Shown: positions 7,700 through 15,884 of the stretch, one piece after another
Layout: each line of letters starts with the position of its first letter
How positions within the stretch are numbered: position 1 is the stretch's first letter
NCBI GenBank assembly: GCA_033763455.1
Contig: JANRKO010000058.1
Span: 1 to 16,468, forward strand
Length of the DNA: 16,468 nt
Source: Polyangiaceae bacterium
Lineage (GTDB): Bacteria; Myxococcota_A; Polyangia; Polyangiales; Polyangiaceae
Direction: 5' to 3'
Program-made: the position numbers and the translations under genes
The notes under the pieces: model-generated
What the model was told of the DNA's origin: nothing
Seen by the model: the letters and a program-made list of their open reading frames with translations, nothing else
The model's database searches: none

Positions 7700-7927
7700 G
7701 CACTTAATCATGTCCGGTGCCTGCACTCTTTGGAAGCCAAGACCCAATGTGTGCTTTGTCCCGGTTAGGCAGCCCTAATCTGGCAGTCCCGCGCACGAGA
7801 AGGATGGAGCCACTTGGCTGCAGACCGGCACGAAGGTGCGGCAGCTGTGGGAATCGGGGCTGCTCGGCTGGGATTGGTGGTACCGCCGAGGGTTGGTTGA
7901 CCGCGCCCTTTCGTATAGCGTCGGCCG

Positions 7928-9850
7928 ATGATTCAGCGAAGTGCGCCTCATACCCCCTTCACCCACCTGGATGAACTCCGGTCGAAGCTTGCGCTTCGCT
8001 TCAAGTTGCTTACCGCCACCCTCGTTTCCGCAGGTGCCATCTATTGTACGAGCCCGGATAGTGGTCCTTCTGGGGATCCGTCGGCGACCGGCGGCGCGTC
8101 TGCTGGGGGTCAAGCGTCGGACGCTGGTGGTTCGAGGGCGGGGGGCTCGTTAGGCGTTGGTGGCGCGCCCGGAATCGTTGGTGGGGCAGGGGCCGAGGCC
8201 GGTGCGAGCGGGCAAACTCAGGCAGGTGGTGGGCTCGCACTTGGTGGAGCTTCGGCCGGCGGAGCCGCAGGGGGCGTTTCTGCCGTGGGGGGCGTTTCTA
8301 ACGACGGAAGTGGCGGCACCCCTTCTCAGGGCACGGCGGGGCAAGCCGGCCAAGGCAACACGGGTGTGTATCAATGTCAGTCGGAAGCCAATGCCTGCGA
8401 ACAACTGACTCTTTCAAATTGCGAGGCTGCAGAAGGGTGCACGCCGATTGGGTGGTGCGCGGGAACGCCCACTGATACTTGCTCAGCGAAAACCTACGAA
8501 CAGTGCCTGGAGGCCCCTGATTGCCTAGCCCTGGGGATCAACGTCGGTGATTGCCATCTCGCCGTGACCTCATGCGCCGACCTGTCCCAGTCAACATGCG
8601 GGGCAACACCCGGGTGTACGTGGAGTTTCGATTGCGCAGCTCGTCCGTTGCGCTGCAACGAGAAGGTCGAATCGGCCTGTACGATTGTAGGGTGCAACAG
8701 CGGGACCACGGCTAGCCCCCAGCCCCTACTTCCCCTGGGCCTGACGTGGCTTAAGACATTGCCGGTCGCAACCTTCTCGGTGCTGGACGTCAACGACAAT
8801 GGGGACTACCTCGTGGGGGGCACTGGAGTTTTCGACGCGAGCGGCTTCTCTAAGGCATCAGCTCCCCCTACGGCCACCGCAATGGCTGAGAACGGCGCGT
8901 TCCTGGTAACGGGAAGAACCGATTATAGTTTTGGCCCGCAGTACGTTACCCCTTGTTACCAGAACGGAGGCCCCGGGCAGTACTGGTTGTACGTGCAAGG
9001 TCCCGGATTCCCGTGCGCGGAGTTCTCTTTCCGAGTGTTTGACCTCTTGGGGGCGGCAATTTCGGGGAGACCCTTTTCTGCATCAAACGGCCAGGTGACG
9101 ACTTTTGCGACGGGTCAACCGGGACAGCCAACGGGCCACACCGTGGCATTCGACAATACCGGTGTCGAGCTCTGGAGACGCCCAACCTTTGGTTCTGTGC
9201 TCAACCTCGACGCGGCAGGGAATGTGTTCCTTGCTGGTTACCAGTCAACGCTTCAAAACGGAGTCATGAAGGTAGACGGCGCGGGCAAGCATCGTTGGGT
9301 GTCCGGTTTCGATCCTCAGGCTTTCGATCGCGTCGAACTGGCAGTGTCTAGGGAGGGATGGTCGGCCACGGCCTTTTGGTTCTCGGCGGATTTTAGCGTC
9401 GCCGGCGTGCCGGTGAAGGCTGCGTTGAATGCTCAGAACACGGCGGTTGTCGTCTTCGATCCGAACGGCAACCTGGCATACGTCCTCAATCTATACAGCC
9501 ATGAACTCGTTCGGCCAAAACTCGCATTTGGAAAGAACAACGCCCTCTACATCGCAGGCGTCTTTATGGAAAAGGTCACGATAGGCGACCAGACCTCGAC
9601 TATCGACAGCATTGATCTTAACCAGGCCGCGGTGTTTCTAGCATCTGTGGACAGGAGCGGAATCGTTCGGCAGGTCGCTCGAATTGATTCAGAAAAAGGG
9701 AAAACTGGGCCATATCTAGCGGGGCTCGACACCGATGCGGCTGGCAACCTGTACGTTGGCCTCGTTCGCCAGCAGTCGCCGCTCATATTTCCTGGAGCAG
9801 TTGTTGCTGACACAAACAACGGCGTAGTCGCCAAGTTTGCCCAACCATAA
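7928..9850 (+). CDS. secreted protein with Gly-rich linker, Cys-rich repeats and beta-propeller (SBBP-like) C-terminus
   Basis: Signal-like LLTATLVSAGAIYC, about 110 aa Gly/Ala/Ser linker, about 4 Cys-rich repeats (C-x7-C-x4/5-C), and repeated DAAGNVFLAG / DPNGNL / DAAGNLYVG blades. Confidence 0.75.
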   Translation: MIQRSAPHTPFTHLDELRSKLALRFKLLTATLVSAGAIYCTSPDSGPSGDPSATGGASAGGQASDAGGSRAGGSLGVGGAPGIVGGAGAEAGASGQTQAGGGLALGGASAGGAAGGVSAVGGVSNDGSGGTPSQGTAGQAGQGNTGVYQCQSEANACEQLTLSNCEAAEGCTPIGWCAGTPTDTCSAKTYEQCLEAPDCLALGINVGDCHLAVTSCADLSQSTCGATPGCTWSFDCAARPLRCNEKVESACTIVGCNSGTTASPQPLLPLGLTWLKTLPVATFSVLDVNDNGDYLVGGTGVFDASGFSKASAPPTATAMAENGAFLVTGRTDYSFGPQYVTPCYQNGGPGQYWLYVQGPGFPCAEFSFRVFDLLGAAISGRPFSASNGQVTTFATGQPGQPTGHTVAFDNTGVELWRRPTFGSVLNLDAAGNVFLAGYQSTLQNGVMKVDGAGKHRWVSGFDPQAFDRVELAVSREGWSATAFWFSADFSVAGVPVKAALNAQNTAVVVFDPNGNLAYVLNLYSHELVRPKLAFGKNNALYIAGVFMEKVTIGDQTSTIDSIDLNQAAVFLASVDRSGIVRQVARIDSEKGKTGPYLAGLDTDAAGNLYVGLVRQQSPLIFPGAVVADTNNGVVAKFAQP

Positions 9851-9997
9851 CGTCCCGCGACATTGCGGTAGTCGGGTTCAACGGAGGGAGTGGTCGAAGA
9901 GGTAAACAAAACTCGCTTCGTCGAAGGATCGACCGCCGATCACGTTGAGCATGCCGCACAGTCGACGCGCTCCGAAGCGAAGGCAAGTTGAAGCCCC

Positions 9998-10094
9998 TCT
10001 GACCAAGAAACGCCGAGCTCTATCGTCGCCTCGCCTAATGCGGTTTGTATCCCTGAGCTAGGTGCTTCGCTTGCACGAGGCATTGCTGCAGCAG
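9998..10094 (+). repeat. degenerate copy of the antitoxin-doc junction (6679-6774)
   Basis: tctgaccaagaaacgccgagctctatcgtcgcctcgcctaatgcggtttgtatccctgagctaggtgcttcgcttgcacgaggcattgctgcagcag aligns with 6679-6774 with a few substitutions and a 1-nt insertion. It carries a CAG->TAG nonsense change in the doc frame. Confidence 0.95.
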
Positions 10095-10173
10095 GAGGTG
10101 CTGGGGCTCTCGCGCCGGAGCGTCGCCGTAGTCGCCGTTTTTTCCTCAAAATCGGCCTTTGGGCGAGACTGTG

Positions 10174-10209
10174 CTCGCGACTTGCTGATCATGCGCTAGG
10201 CTTGAGAGC
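10174..10209 (+). promoter_or_regulatory. putative TA-operon promoter (-10 TAGGCT at 10197-10202)
   Basis: TAnnnT lies 7 nt before ATG 10210. Homologous to 6488-6523. Confidence 0.45.
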
Positions 10210-10443
10210 ATGGAACACGGTGTTGTAGTTCGTGGAACGCTGCATGGCCGCCACATCGAGCTCAACGAGCGAGTGGACGAACTGGACGGCGAGGTCGAAG
10301 TGTTCCTTCGGTCCGTGGAAGCGACGCCGCGTGCACCGGACGTACTCGAGGTGATCGCCTCAATGCCCGCAGGCACTCGTAGCAAAGACGATATCGACCG
10401 CCACCTCGCCGACGACCGAGCGGGCTGGACAGACCGTGGCTGA
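10210..10443 (+). CDS. putative antitoxin of PIN toxin
   Basis: 77 aa with a beta-rich N-terminus and RSKDDIDRHLADDRAGW C-terminus. Overlaps the PIN gene by 8 nt. Confidence 0.72.
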   Translation: MEHGVVVRGTLHGRHIELNERVDELDGEVEVFLRSVEATPRAPDVLEVIASMPAGTRSKDDIDRHLADDRAGWTDRG

Positions 10444-10894
10444 TATCTATCTCGACGCGTGCTGCTTTATCTACCTCGTGGAGGGGCAGCCTGGGTGGCG
10501 AAGCATTGTCGAGGCAAGGATCCGTGACCTCGACCCCGCGTCGAGGCTCGTCACGTCTCAGCTAACGCGGCTAGAGTGTCGCGCGAAGCCAATGCGTGAT
10601 GGGAACGATGAACTCCTAGAGCGTTACGACATGTTGTTCGGAGCGAGCCGCGTCGCAGTGCTCGACGTGACGGCAAAGGTGATCGACTGTGCAACTGCGC
10701 TGCGTGCACGGCACGGCTTCAAATCGCCCGATGCAATTCACCTGGCGACCGCGATTGAATACGGTGCGACCGCGTTTTGGACGGCGGATGCTGCTTTGTC
10801 TAGCTGCACTAATGTCCCAGTCATTGTGATGCTCCCCGATGCGCCTGAACGTGGAATCGGAGCAAGGCATCCGTCGGGTCACGGCCGTTCTTGA
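10436..10894 (+). CDS. vapC: VapC/PIN-domain toxin
   Basis: IYLDACCFIYLVE, TRLE, PDAIHLATA and FWTAD contain the four PIN acidic residues. Confidence 0.9.
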   Translation: MADIYLDACCFIYLVEGQPGWRSIVEARIRDLDPASRLVTSQLTRLECRAKPMRDGNDELLERYDMLFGASRVAVLDVTAKVIDCATALRARHGFKSPDAIHLATAIEYGATAFWTADAALSSCTNVPVIVMLPDAPERGIGARHPSGHGRS

Positions 10895-11042
10895 CTCGTG
10901 GTAGGTGAGCCGCTCAATTTTGGTCCGCTATCCCGACGACCCAAGCCGCGCCAGTATCAGCGCGCCGACCCGGTTGCCCGCTTCAGCAAATGGGGAAACC
11001 TGTGAGCGATCTTCGTGAGACTGTTCCGACAACACACCGGAA

Positions 11043-11090
11043 AGGATGCCGTGGCGGCGGGATTAATGCGCACAACCGCGCCAGAAACCG
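11043..11090 (-). pseudogene. IS91/ISCR-like (Y2) transposase remnant
   Basis: The minus strand reads FLARLCALIPPPRHP, matching the F.ARL.AL.PPPR.H motif of IS91-family transposases. The flanks do not continue the homology. Confidence 0.6.
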
Positions 11091-11236
11091 CAGGGAACTG
11101 CGCGCTGAACTCGAAGGTGAGGGGCGGCAGCGGACTGCACGCTGCGTAGCAATCACCTTCGCTGCCTGTAGGCCCACGCGGCTCATCAATCTGAAAGAGC
11201 CGACACTGCTGCCGTCCTTGGACTCATCCCCACACT

Positions 11237-13186
11237 TCACCCCCGCTTCCGCTTTGCGGAGGTGCGCTTGGCGACGGCTTTGCCTGCGGACGGACGCTTG
11301 GTTGCCGTTCGTCCGCGCGCTGCCTTTAGGGTAGTCGCAGGGAGTGAGAGGGGCGCTTCTGGCTTAGGTGGCCCAGCGAGGGGTAAAAACGGTGGTGGAC
11401 CCGGCATGGGGTCGCGCAGCCACCAGAACACGTCCGGCTTCGGGATGAGATCACGGAGCCGCCCGAGGTCTAAGGTTGGCATCGCTAGCGCCGCAATCGT
11501 GCCGATAGCAGGGGCGAAGAAGTAACCCCCTCCCGTGGGAGTGACCCATTCGCTGTCGAGCGTGAGCCGCACGGGTCCGCCGGGTGTGGGAAAGTCGATC
11601 TGGCGTTCGCGATTTCCGTAGCGGTCGGCCTGGCCGATGATCGGATCATGCCCACCCAGGTTGGGTTGAATCGTGGAGTTAGCCCAACGCCGCTGCAAAA
11701 ACTCGAATTGCTCCTCGATGTTGCTCTGATAGGAGAGAAACATGAGCCCGCGCTCAGCGCGCTTGAGCGTCGGCTTGGGTTTTCGCACCCCGAAAATATG
11801 CGGCCCGAACGGGATGCCTCGACGCAAGATCAAGCGCAGCATCATGTCCGTGTGCGGGCCCATTTCGGTGGCAGCATCGCGCGTGTTCATTTTGCGAATG
11901 TGAGCAAAATGGGGGCATACGGTGGCCAGAAAATCCTGGGTTGCCTGGGGAAAGGAGTCCCCCGTGTAGCCGGGGATTGAGGTCAACGCAGCGGGCTGCG
12001 AATCGCCTTCAAAGACGAAGTGATTGTTCGCGAAGTCGTCACTACCGAGCGCCGGATTATCGGCGAGGGGGGAGCGCAGGATGGGCGCGCCACTCCGCCA
12101 GCGACCCACCAGCATGGCCGCCACACGCTCGGCAGGGAGACCCACTTGCCGAGAAGCGCTGGCGACGAACCGCCAGAACGCTGGCACATCTTGGCGCAGC
12201 CGGCGAACCACCACAAACGAACCGAGCCTTGCCCAAGCGGGCTGGCTTGCTGCCGCTACGCTTCCGAGGAGATCGCCCGGGGCCTGACGCGGCTCTCCGA
12301 GCAGAAATTGGCCAGGCCATATGAGCGGCTGCCCGGGCTTGGCCATGAATTTTGCCTTGGGATCCCCGGGCGCCATGTAGCGCGGAACGATGAAATCTTG
12401 AGGATGCGATGAGGCACGGCCCCGCATTGCGGGCTGGCTAATCCCATCCCGAAAGCCGAAGTGCTCGTGGCCACGCAGAGCACCGGGAAGCACGTCACCG
12501 CGTTGCTCGAAAACGAGCGAAAGGCCCGCCCCCGTGGCTTCTGTCTGGATCTCCCGAACCTTCGCCACAAGATTTGCTTCAAGATCACTCGCGACGATGA
12601 TCATCAAGTCTGCTGGATTATGCGGCCCCCCCACGCGCCAGCGGCTCTTGTGACCGGGGTGGCTCGGCGACGACGGATCTCCAAGGTACTCTGAGCGCTC
12701 CGCGAGCCCTTGATGAAAGCTCTCCGCATTGAGCTCATCCACGGCTGCAGGATCCATGAGCTTCCTCAAGCCGGCCGAGGAAAAGGCAAGATTCATCCAC
12801 GTGGCGTAAGCGCCAACATCTCGACGGCCTGTTTCGGCGCGGCGCGAGCGGTACCCGCGTACGAAAGCCAACACCTGATCCATGGTGGTGACGTCAGGCA
12901 AGAGCTGGCGCAGGAAAGACCGCGCGTGGTTAACGTGCCCAAGATTGTAAAACAAGAAGTGTTGGTAGGGCTTGTTGAAACCAGGAACTATATTCCCCTG
13001 GATCTGAGCTCGCTTCTCGTCGGAAAACTCGGCTTCGACGGGAGCCCCAGGAATTACGGGTCCGTAGATACGGCTCAGGCTTGGATAGTCCAGGAACGGC
13101 AACTCTAAGCGAGCCTCGGTGCTGAGGCGTTCGAAAAGCCCTTGGCTCGCGATGTTAGCCGTGGCGGAAGGTTTCTTTTTTGGCAT
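11237..13186 (-). CDS. DyP-type (dye-decolorising) heme peroxidase
   Basis: IQGNI, EHFGFRDGISQP (GxxDG distal Asp), GSFVVVRRLRQDV, AHIRKMNTR (proximal His), ILRRGIPFG (distal Arg), GGGYFFAP. AAGGAG RBS upstream. Pro- and Lys/Arg-rich C-terminal tail. Confidence 0.93.
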   Translation of the reverse strand: MPKKKPSATANIASQGLFERLSTEARLELPFLDYPSLSRIYGPVIPGAPVEAEFSDEKRAQIQGNIVPGFNKPYQHFLFYNLGHVNHARSFLRQLLPDVTTMDQVLAFVRGYRSRRAETGRRDVGAYATWMNLAFSSAGLRKLMDPAAVDELNAESFHQGLAERSEYLGDPSSPSHPGHKSRWRVGGPHNPADLMIIVASDLEANLVAKVREIQTEATGAGLSLVFEQRGDVLPGALRGHEHFGFRDGISQPAMRGRASSHPQDFIVPRYMAPGDPKAKFMAKPGQPLIWPGQFLLGEPRQAPGDLLGSVAAASQPAWARLGSFVVVRRLRQDVPAFWRFVASASRQVGLPAERVAAMLVGRWRSGAPILRSPLADNPALGSDDFANNHFVFEGDSQPAALTSIPGYTGDSFPQATQDFLATVCPHFAHIRKMNTRDAATEMGPHTDMMLRLILRRGIPFGPHIFGVRKPKPTLKRAERGLMFLSYQSNIEEQFEFLQRRWANSTIQPNLGGHDPIIGQADRYGNRERQIDFPTPGGPVRLTLDSEWVTPTGGGYFFAPAIGTIAALAMPTLDLGRLRDLIPKPDVFWWLRDPMPGPPPFLPLAGPPKPEAPLSLPATTLKAARGRTATKRPSAGKAVAKRTSAKRKRG

Positions 13187-13202
13187 GTTCTGAAGATCTC
13201 CT

Positions 13203-14132
13203 TCAACGGCCTCTGGAGATGGCGAGGGCGCCGGCCATTACCGTGATGTGTTCCGCAACTTGGCTGCCATAGGCGATGCGCCTGCCCCCTATCCGCATAT
13301 CGCCTACGACGAATCCTTCCCCTGCCGGCACCTGGTATTCAACTCGGAGCGCGGCTCCCGCGTGGCCGCGAACAATGCGCCAGTAGTTGCCCGCCGGTGA
13401 GCCATCTGGCTTGCTGAAACCTGTGTCATCCCAGCCTGCGATGTAGATCCCGATCGGTTCGCGCAACCCCACGCCGAACCCCAAGCGGGTTACCGCAGCC
13501 GCGTCCAGCTTAACCCTTGGATCGGCGGCGTGCGGGGGGGCGGGGTCAGCTTGCTGGGCTTGATTGTCGGGCGTTACGCTCGACGCAAAACCGACTCCGC
13601 CGGCGACCACTCCGACTGCCGCCGCAAGTGTATTGATCCCCACAATGTAGTGCACGATGCCATCGGTGGTGTTCCAGCGATTGGTGGGCAAATACGAGCC
13701 GCCGCCTGGAAACAGATCATTCATAGAAACTGCCGGACTCACGAGGCTGCGGTAGAGGTTGAGCACGAGATTGCGATCGAAATTTGCTAAGGCGCCCCAA
13801 TATTCGCCCGTTTCCGTACAAAACGTGATTTTGGTAATCTTTCCGGCAGCATTGCGCTGCGTATGCCATTCGCAATATTCGAACTGCTGATTCCGTACGT
13901 CTGCGGCAGCGAAGGCTCCCGCTCGGTCATCTCGCAAAGAGCCCATTAAGCGCGTTCGCGGAAACCCAATCCACACGATGGACCGCTCCGCTACCACGCT
14001 CTCGCCTGTCACCCACGGGTTCACGACTCTGCCAACAAGCAGGCCAGCGACTGTGTCGGACCATTGCGTCAAGAAAGGTGAGCCCGAAGGAACGTCGCGT
14101 AGGCCGGCTGGCGTATCGAATATATGCGGCAT
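13203..14132 (-). CDS. conserved hypothetical protein, upstream partner of DyP
   Basis: From ATG 14132 (MPHIFDTPAG). Motif-like segments QFEYCEW, KITKITFCTETGEYW, NRWN, HYIVGINTL, ADP, YWRIVRG and YGSQVAEHI. 16-nt gap to the DyP start. Confidence 0.8.
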   Translation of the reverse strand: MPHIFDTPAGLRDVPSGSPFLTQWSDTVAGLLVGRVVNPWVTGESVVAERSIVWIGFPRTRLMGSLRDDRAGAFAAADVRNQQFEYCEWHTQRNAAGKITKITFCTETGEYWGALANFDRNLVLNLYRSLVSPAVSMNDLFPGGGSYLPTNRWNTTDGIVHYIVGINTLAAAVGVVAGGVGFASSVTPDNQAQQADPAPPHAADPRVKLDAAAVTRLGFGVGLREPIGIYIAGWDDTGFSKPDGSPAGNYWRIVRGHAGAALRVEYQVPAGEGFVVGDMRIGGRRIAYGSQVAEHITVMAGALAISRGR

Positions 14133-14203
14133 AGTGAGCTGCCGCGAAGGATTCCGGTTCAGGTGTTCGTCGGTCAATAGGAGGATGTTTCGCTGTCTCC
14201 ACT

Positions 14204-14656
14204 ATCAGCCAACCCAGATATCTCACTCTAATCAGCGTTGTCGCTGCCGCCGGATGTGCAACTACTTCTCGCTCTAGCTCGCCCGCAAGATCCGTTGATA
14301 ACCGCGATGCTGCTGCCTGCACTCGGCCCGACGTATTCGGGCCCGTGTTGGTGCCACGCGAGCGATTCGAATCCCGCAACGGCGCTCAGGCCGCGAGCTT
14401 TTCGGTGCTCTCCACTAGCCTAGACCGGCCGCTCGAAGAGTGCGGAATCCCGGCTACGCTGCAGAAGCTCGTTGCGCTGCGCTGCGACGACGGATCAAAC
14501 CCTTTTAACCAGGATCTCGGCGAGGCCCACGCATCAAGGCGAGGCTCCGTGGGTCCAGGGGGCCGGTGCGGCAGCATGATTGACGTCTATGAGATCGAAT
14601 GTCCGGAGCGAAGATATGAGGTCTTTTCAGACATCTACGTGTGTCCTCAAAACTGA
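14204..14656 (+). CDS. putative Cys-rich lipoprotein; start codon not evident
   Basis: The frame of ORF 14345-14656 stays open upstream: ...QPRYLTLISVVAAAGCATTSRS (lipobox AAGC). No in-frame ATG/GTG/TTG precedes it. Several Cys in the mature part. Confidence 0.5.
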   Translation: MSQPRYLTLISVVAAAGCATTSRSSSPARSVDNRDAAACTRPDVFGPVLVPRERFESRNGAQAASFSVLSTSLDRPLEECGIPATLQKLVALRCDDGSNPFNQDLGEAHASRRGSVGPGGRCGSMIDVYEIECPERRYEVFSDIYVCPQN

Positions 14657-14716
14657 GGCGCTCGGGGGCTAGGCAACCGTGGCAGTTCGCACTCCGGCGC
14701 TCGTTGGAGTCGTGCT

Positions 14717-14798
14717 ACCCAGCAACCCTTTGCAGCTTAGGACCGTCGGTCGCTTTGCTTCCCCTGGCGCTCGGAGCTGACGGCCTGTACGGTTGGGC
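14717..14798 (+). other. attC-like recombination site (best preserved)
   Basis: ACCCAGC (R''-like, one change from RYYYAAC), 5 nt, TTTGCAGCT (L''), then AGCTGAC (L'), spacer, GTTGGGC (perfect GTTRRRY, 14792-14798). 82 bp long and followed by an RBS and the NUDIX start. Confidence 0.65.
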
Positions 14799-14811
14799 AG
14801 GGAGGAGCGCT

Positions 14812-15261
14812 GTGCGAGTCGTTGACAAGGCCTTTGCGTATGTGACGGATGGTCCGCGGTTGCTGGTTTTTCGCCATAGGGACTTTCCTGACGCGGGCCT
14901 TCAAGTACCAGCTGGCACGGTCCAACCTGGTGAAACCCCGGTAGATGCGGTGCTCCGTGAAGTGCGCGAAGAAGCGGGCCTGGAAGCATTCCTCGGCGCG
15001 CGCGCCCTTGGGGTAGTCGAATTCGATGCACGCACAATTGGCAAGACCGAGCTTCATCGTCGGCAATTCTTCCACCTACCGATTGCAGGTAAGCCCGCCG
15101 ATTCGTGGAGACACTACGAGCGCCACGCCACCGAGAGCGAGAGCGCGGAGGCTCTCGCCTTTGACTTCTATTGGCTGCCGTTCGTCGAGGCCCAGGCACT
15201 GCTTTGCGGCGATCATGGCTGCCTCATCGACACCCTCAAGTCGTGCCCGGACCGCAGTTGA
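14812..15261 (+). CDS. NUDIX hydrolase
   Basis: Nudix box GTVQPGETPVDAVLREVREEAGL and LQVPAG. GTG 14812 is preceded by GGAGGAG. Confidence 0.9.
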   Translation: MRVVDKAFAYVTDGPRLLVFRHRDFPDAGLQVPAGTVQPGETPVDAVLREVREEAGLEAFLGARALGVVEFDARTIGKTELHRRQFFHLPIAGKPADSWRHYERHATESESAEALAFDFYWLPFVEAQALLCGDHGCLIDTLKSCPDRS

Positions 15262-15280
15262 ATAGGGTGAAAACGCAACC

Positions 15281-15613
15281 GTGAAACTCCCCGGTGCAGC
15301 ACACGCCTTCGTAGCTGACGAGAAAGTCCGCGACTACTTGCTGTCGCCCGTTAATCCCCGCGCCCGGGGAAAAGCCGCATTCTTTCGGGCCCTTGGCTTC
15401 GACGACTCCAATTGGGCCCTTCTGCGTGAGGCGTTGCTCGAGATCGCCCGCAGCGGTACCGCAGGGGCGGGTCAGCCCAGCGAGTTTGGGGTTAAGTATG
15501 AGATTCGTGCTACCCTAAACGGGCCTACAGGGCGCCAGGCAACCATCAAGACCGTCTGGATCATGAACGCTGAAGACGACACACCACGCTTTGTGACGGC
15601 ATACCCCGACTGA
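15281..15613 (+). CDS. DUF6883-like protein (putative toxin)
   Basis: MKLP...EKVRDYLL..HP/NP.GKA.FF..LGF...FGVKY...GP.G....I.TVW.....PRFVTAYP pattern. TGATG overlap with the next gene. Confidence 0.75.
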   Translation: MKLPGAAHAFVADEKVRDYLLSPVNPRARGKAAFFRALGFDDSNWALLREALLEIARSGTAGAGQPSEFGVKYEIRATLNGPTGRQATIKTVWIMNAEDDTPRFVTAYPD

Positions 15614-15846
15614 TGTCTGATCAACTTTACCAAGAGGTTGTCCTCACCACCGATGTCCCGGAGCATGGGCTGCGTAGCGGCGATATGGGGACGGTCGTGC
15701 ACGCCTATCCGAATGGTGGTTTTGAGGTCGAGTTCTTCACGGCGTCCGGCAAGACGCGCGCGGTGGTCACCCTTCGGAAAGCCGATGTTCGGGTGGCGTC
15801 CGACAACGAACTCGTGGCCGTTCGTTCCCTCGATCCAACAGGCTGA
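15613..15846 (+). CDS. DUF4926-like protein (putative immunity/antitoxin)
   Basis: LYQEVVLTTDVPEHGLRSGDMGTVVHAY..GGFEVEFFTASGKTRAVVTL is the DUF4926 pattern. Confidence 0.8.
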   Translation: MSDQLYQEVVLTTDVPEHGLRSGDMGTVVHAYPNGGFEVEFFTASGKTRAVVTLRKADVRVASDNELVAVRSLDPTG

Positions 15847-15884
15847 AAAACCGGGCACCTTTGCAGCGACAGGGCGGGCCAACA

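Noticed and set aside
7775..7927. Trp-rich open stretch (HEKDGATWLQTGTKVRQLWESGLLGWDWWYRRG)
   Set aside because: No start codon or recognisable family. It may be a cassette fragment but cannot be supported.
11455..11480. DyP tail segment TLDLGRLR resembling an encapsulin cargo-loading peptide
   Set aside because: Weak match to the LxIGSL consensus, about 70 aa from the C-terminus, and no encapsulin gene in the window.
11262..13108. Many + strand ORFs antisense to DyP, and similar shadow ORFs elsewhere
   Set aside because: Expected by-products of high-GC coding sequence, with no motifs or translation signals.
14641..14811. N-terminal extension of the NUDIX ORF
   Set aside because: It runs through the attC-like site. 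GTG 14812 has a good RBS and gives a normal-sized NUDIX protein.
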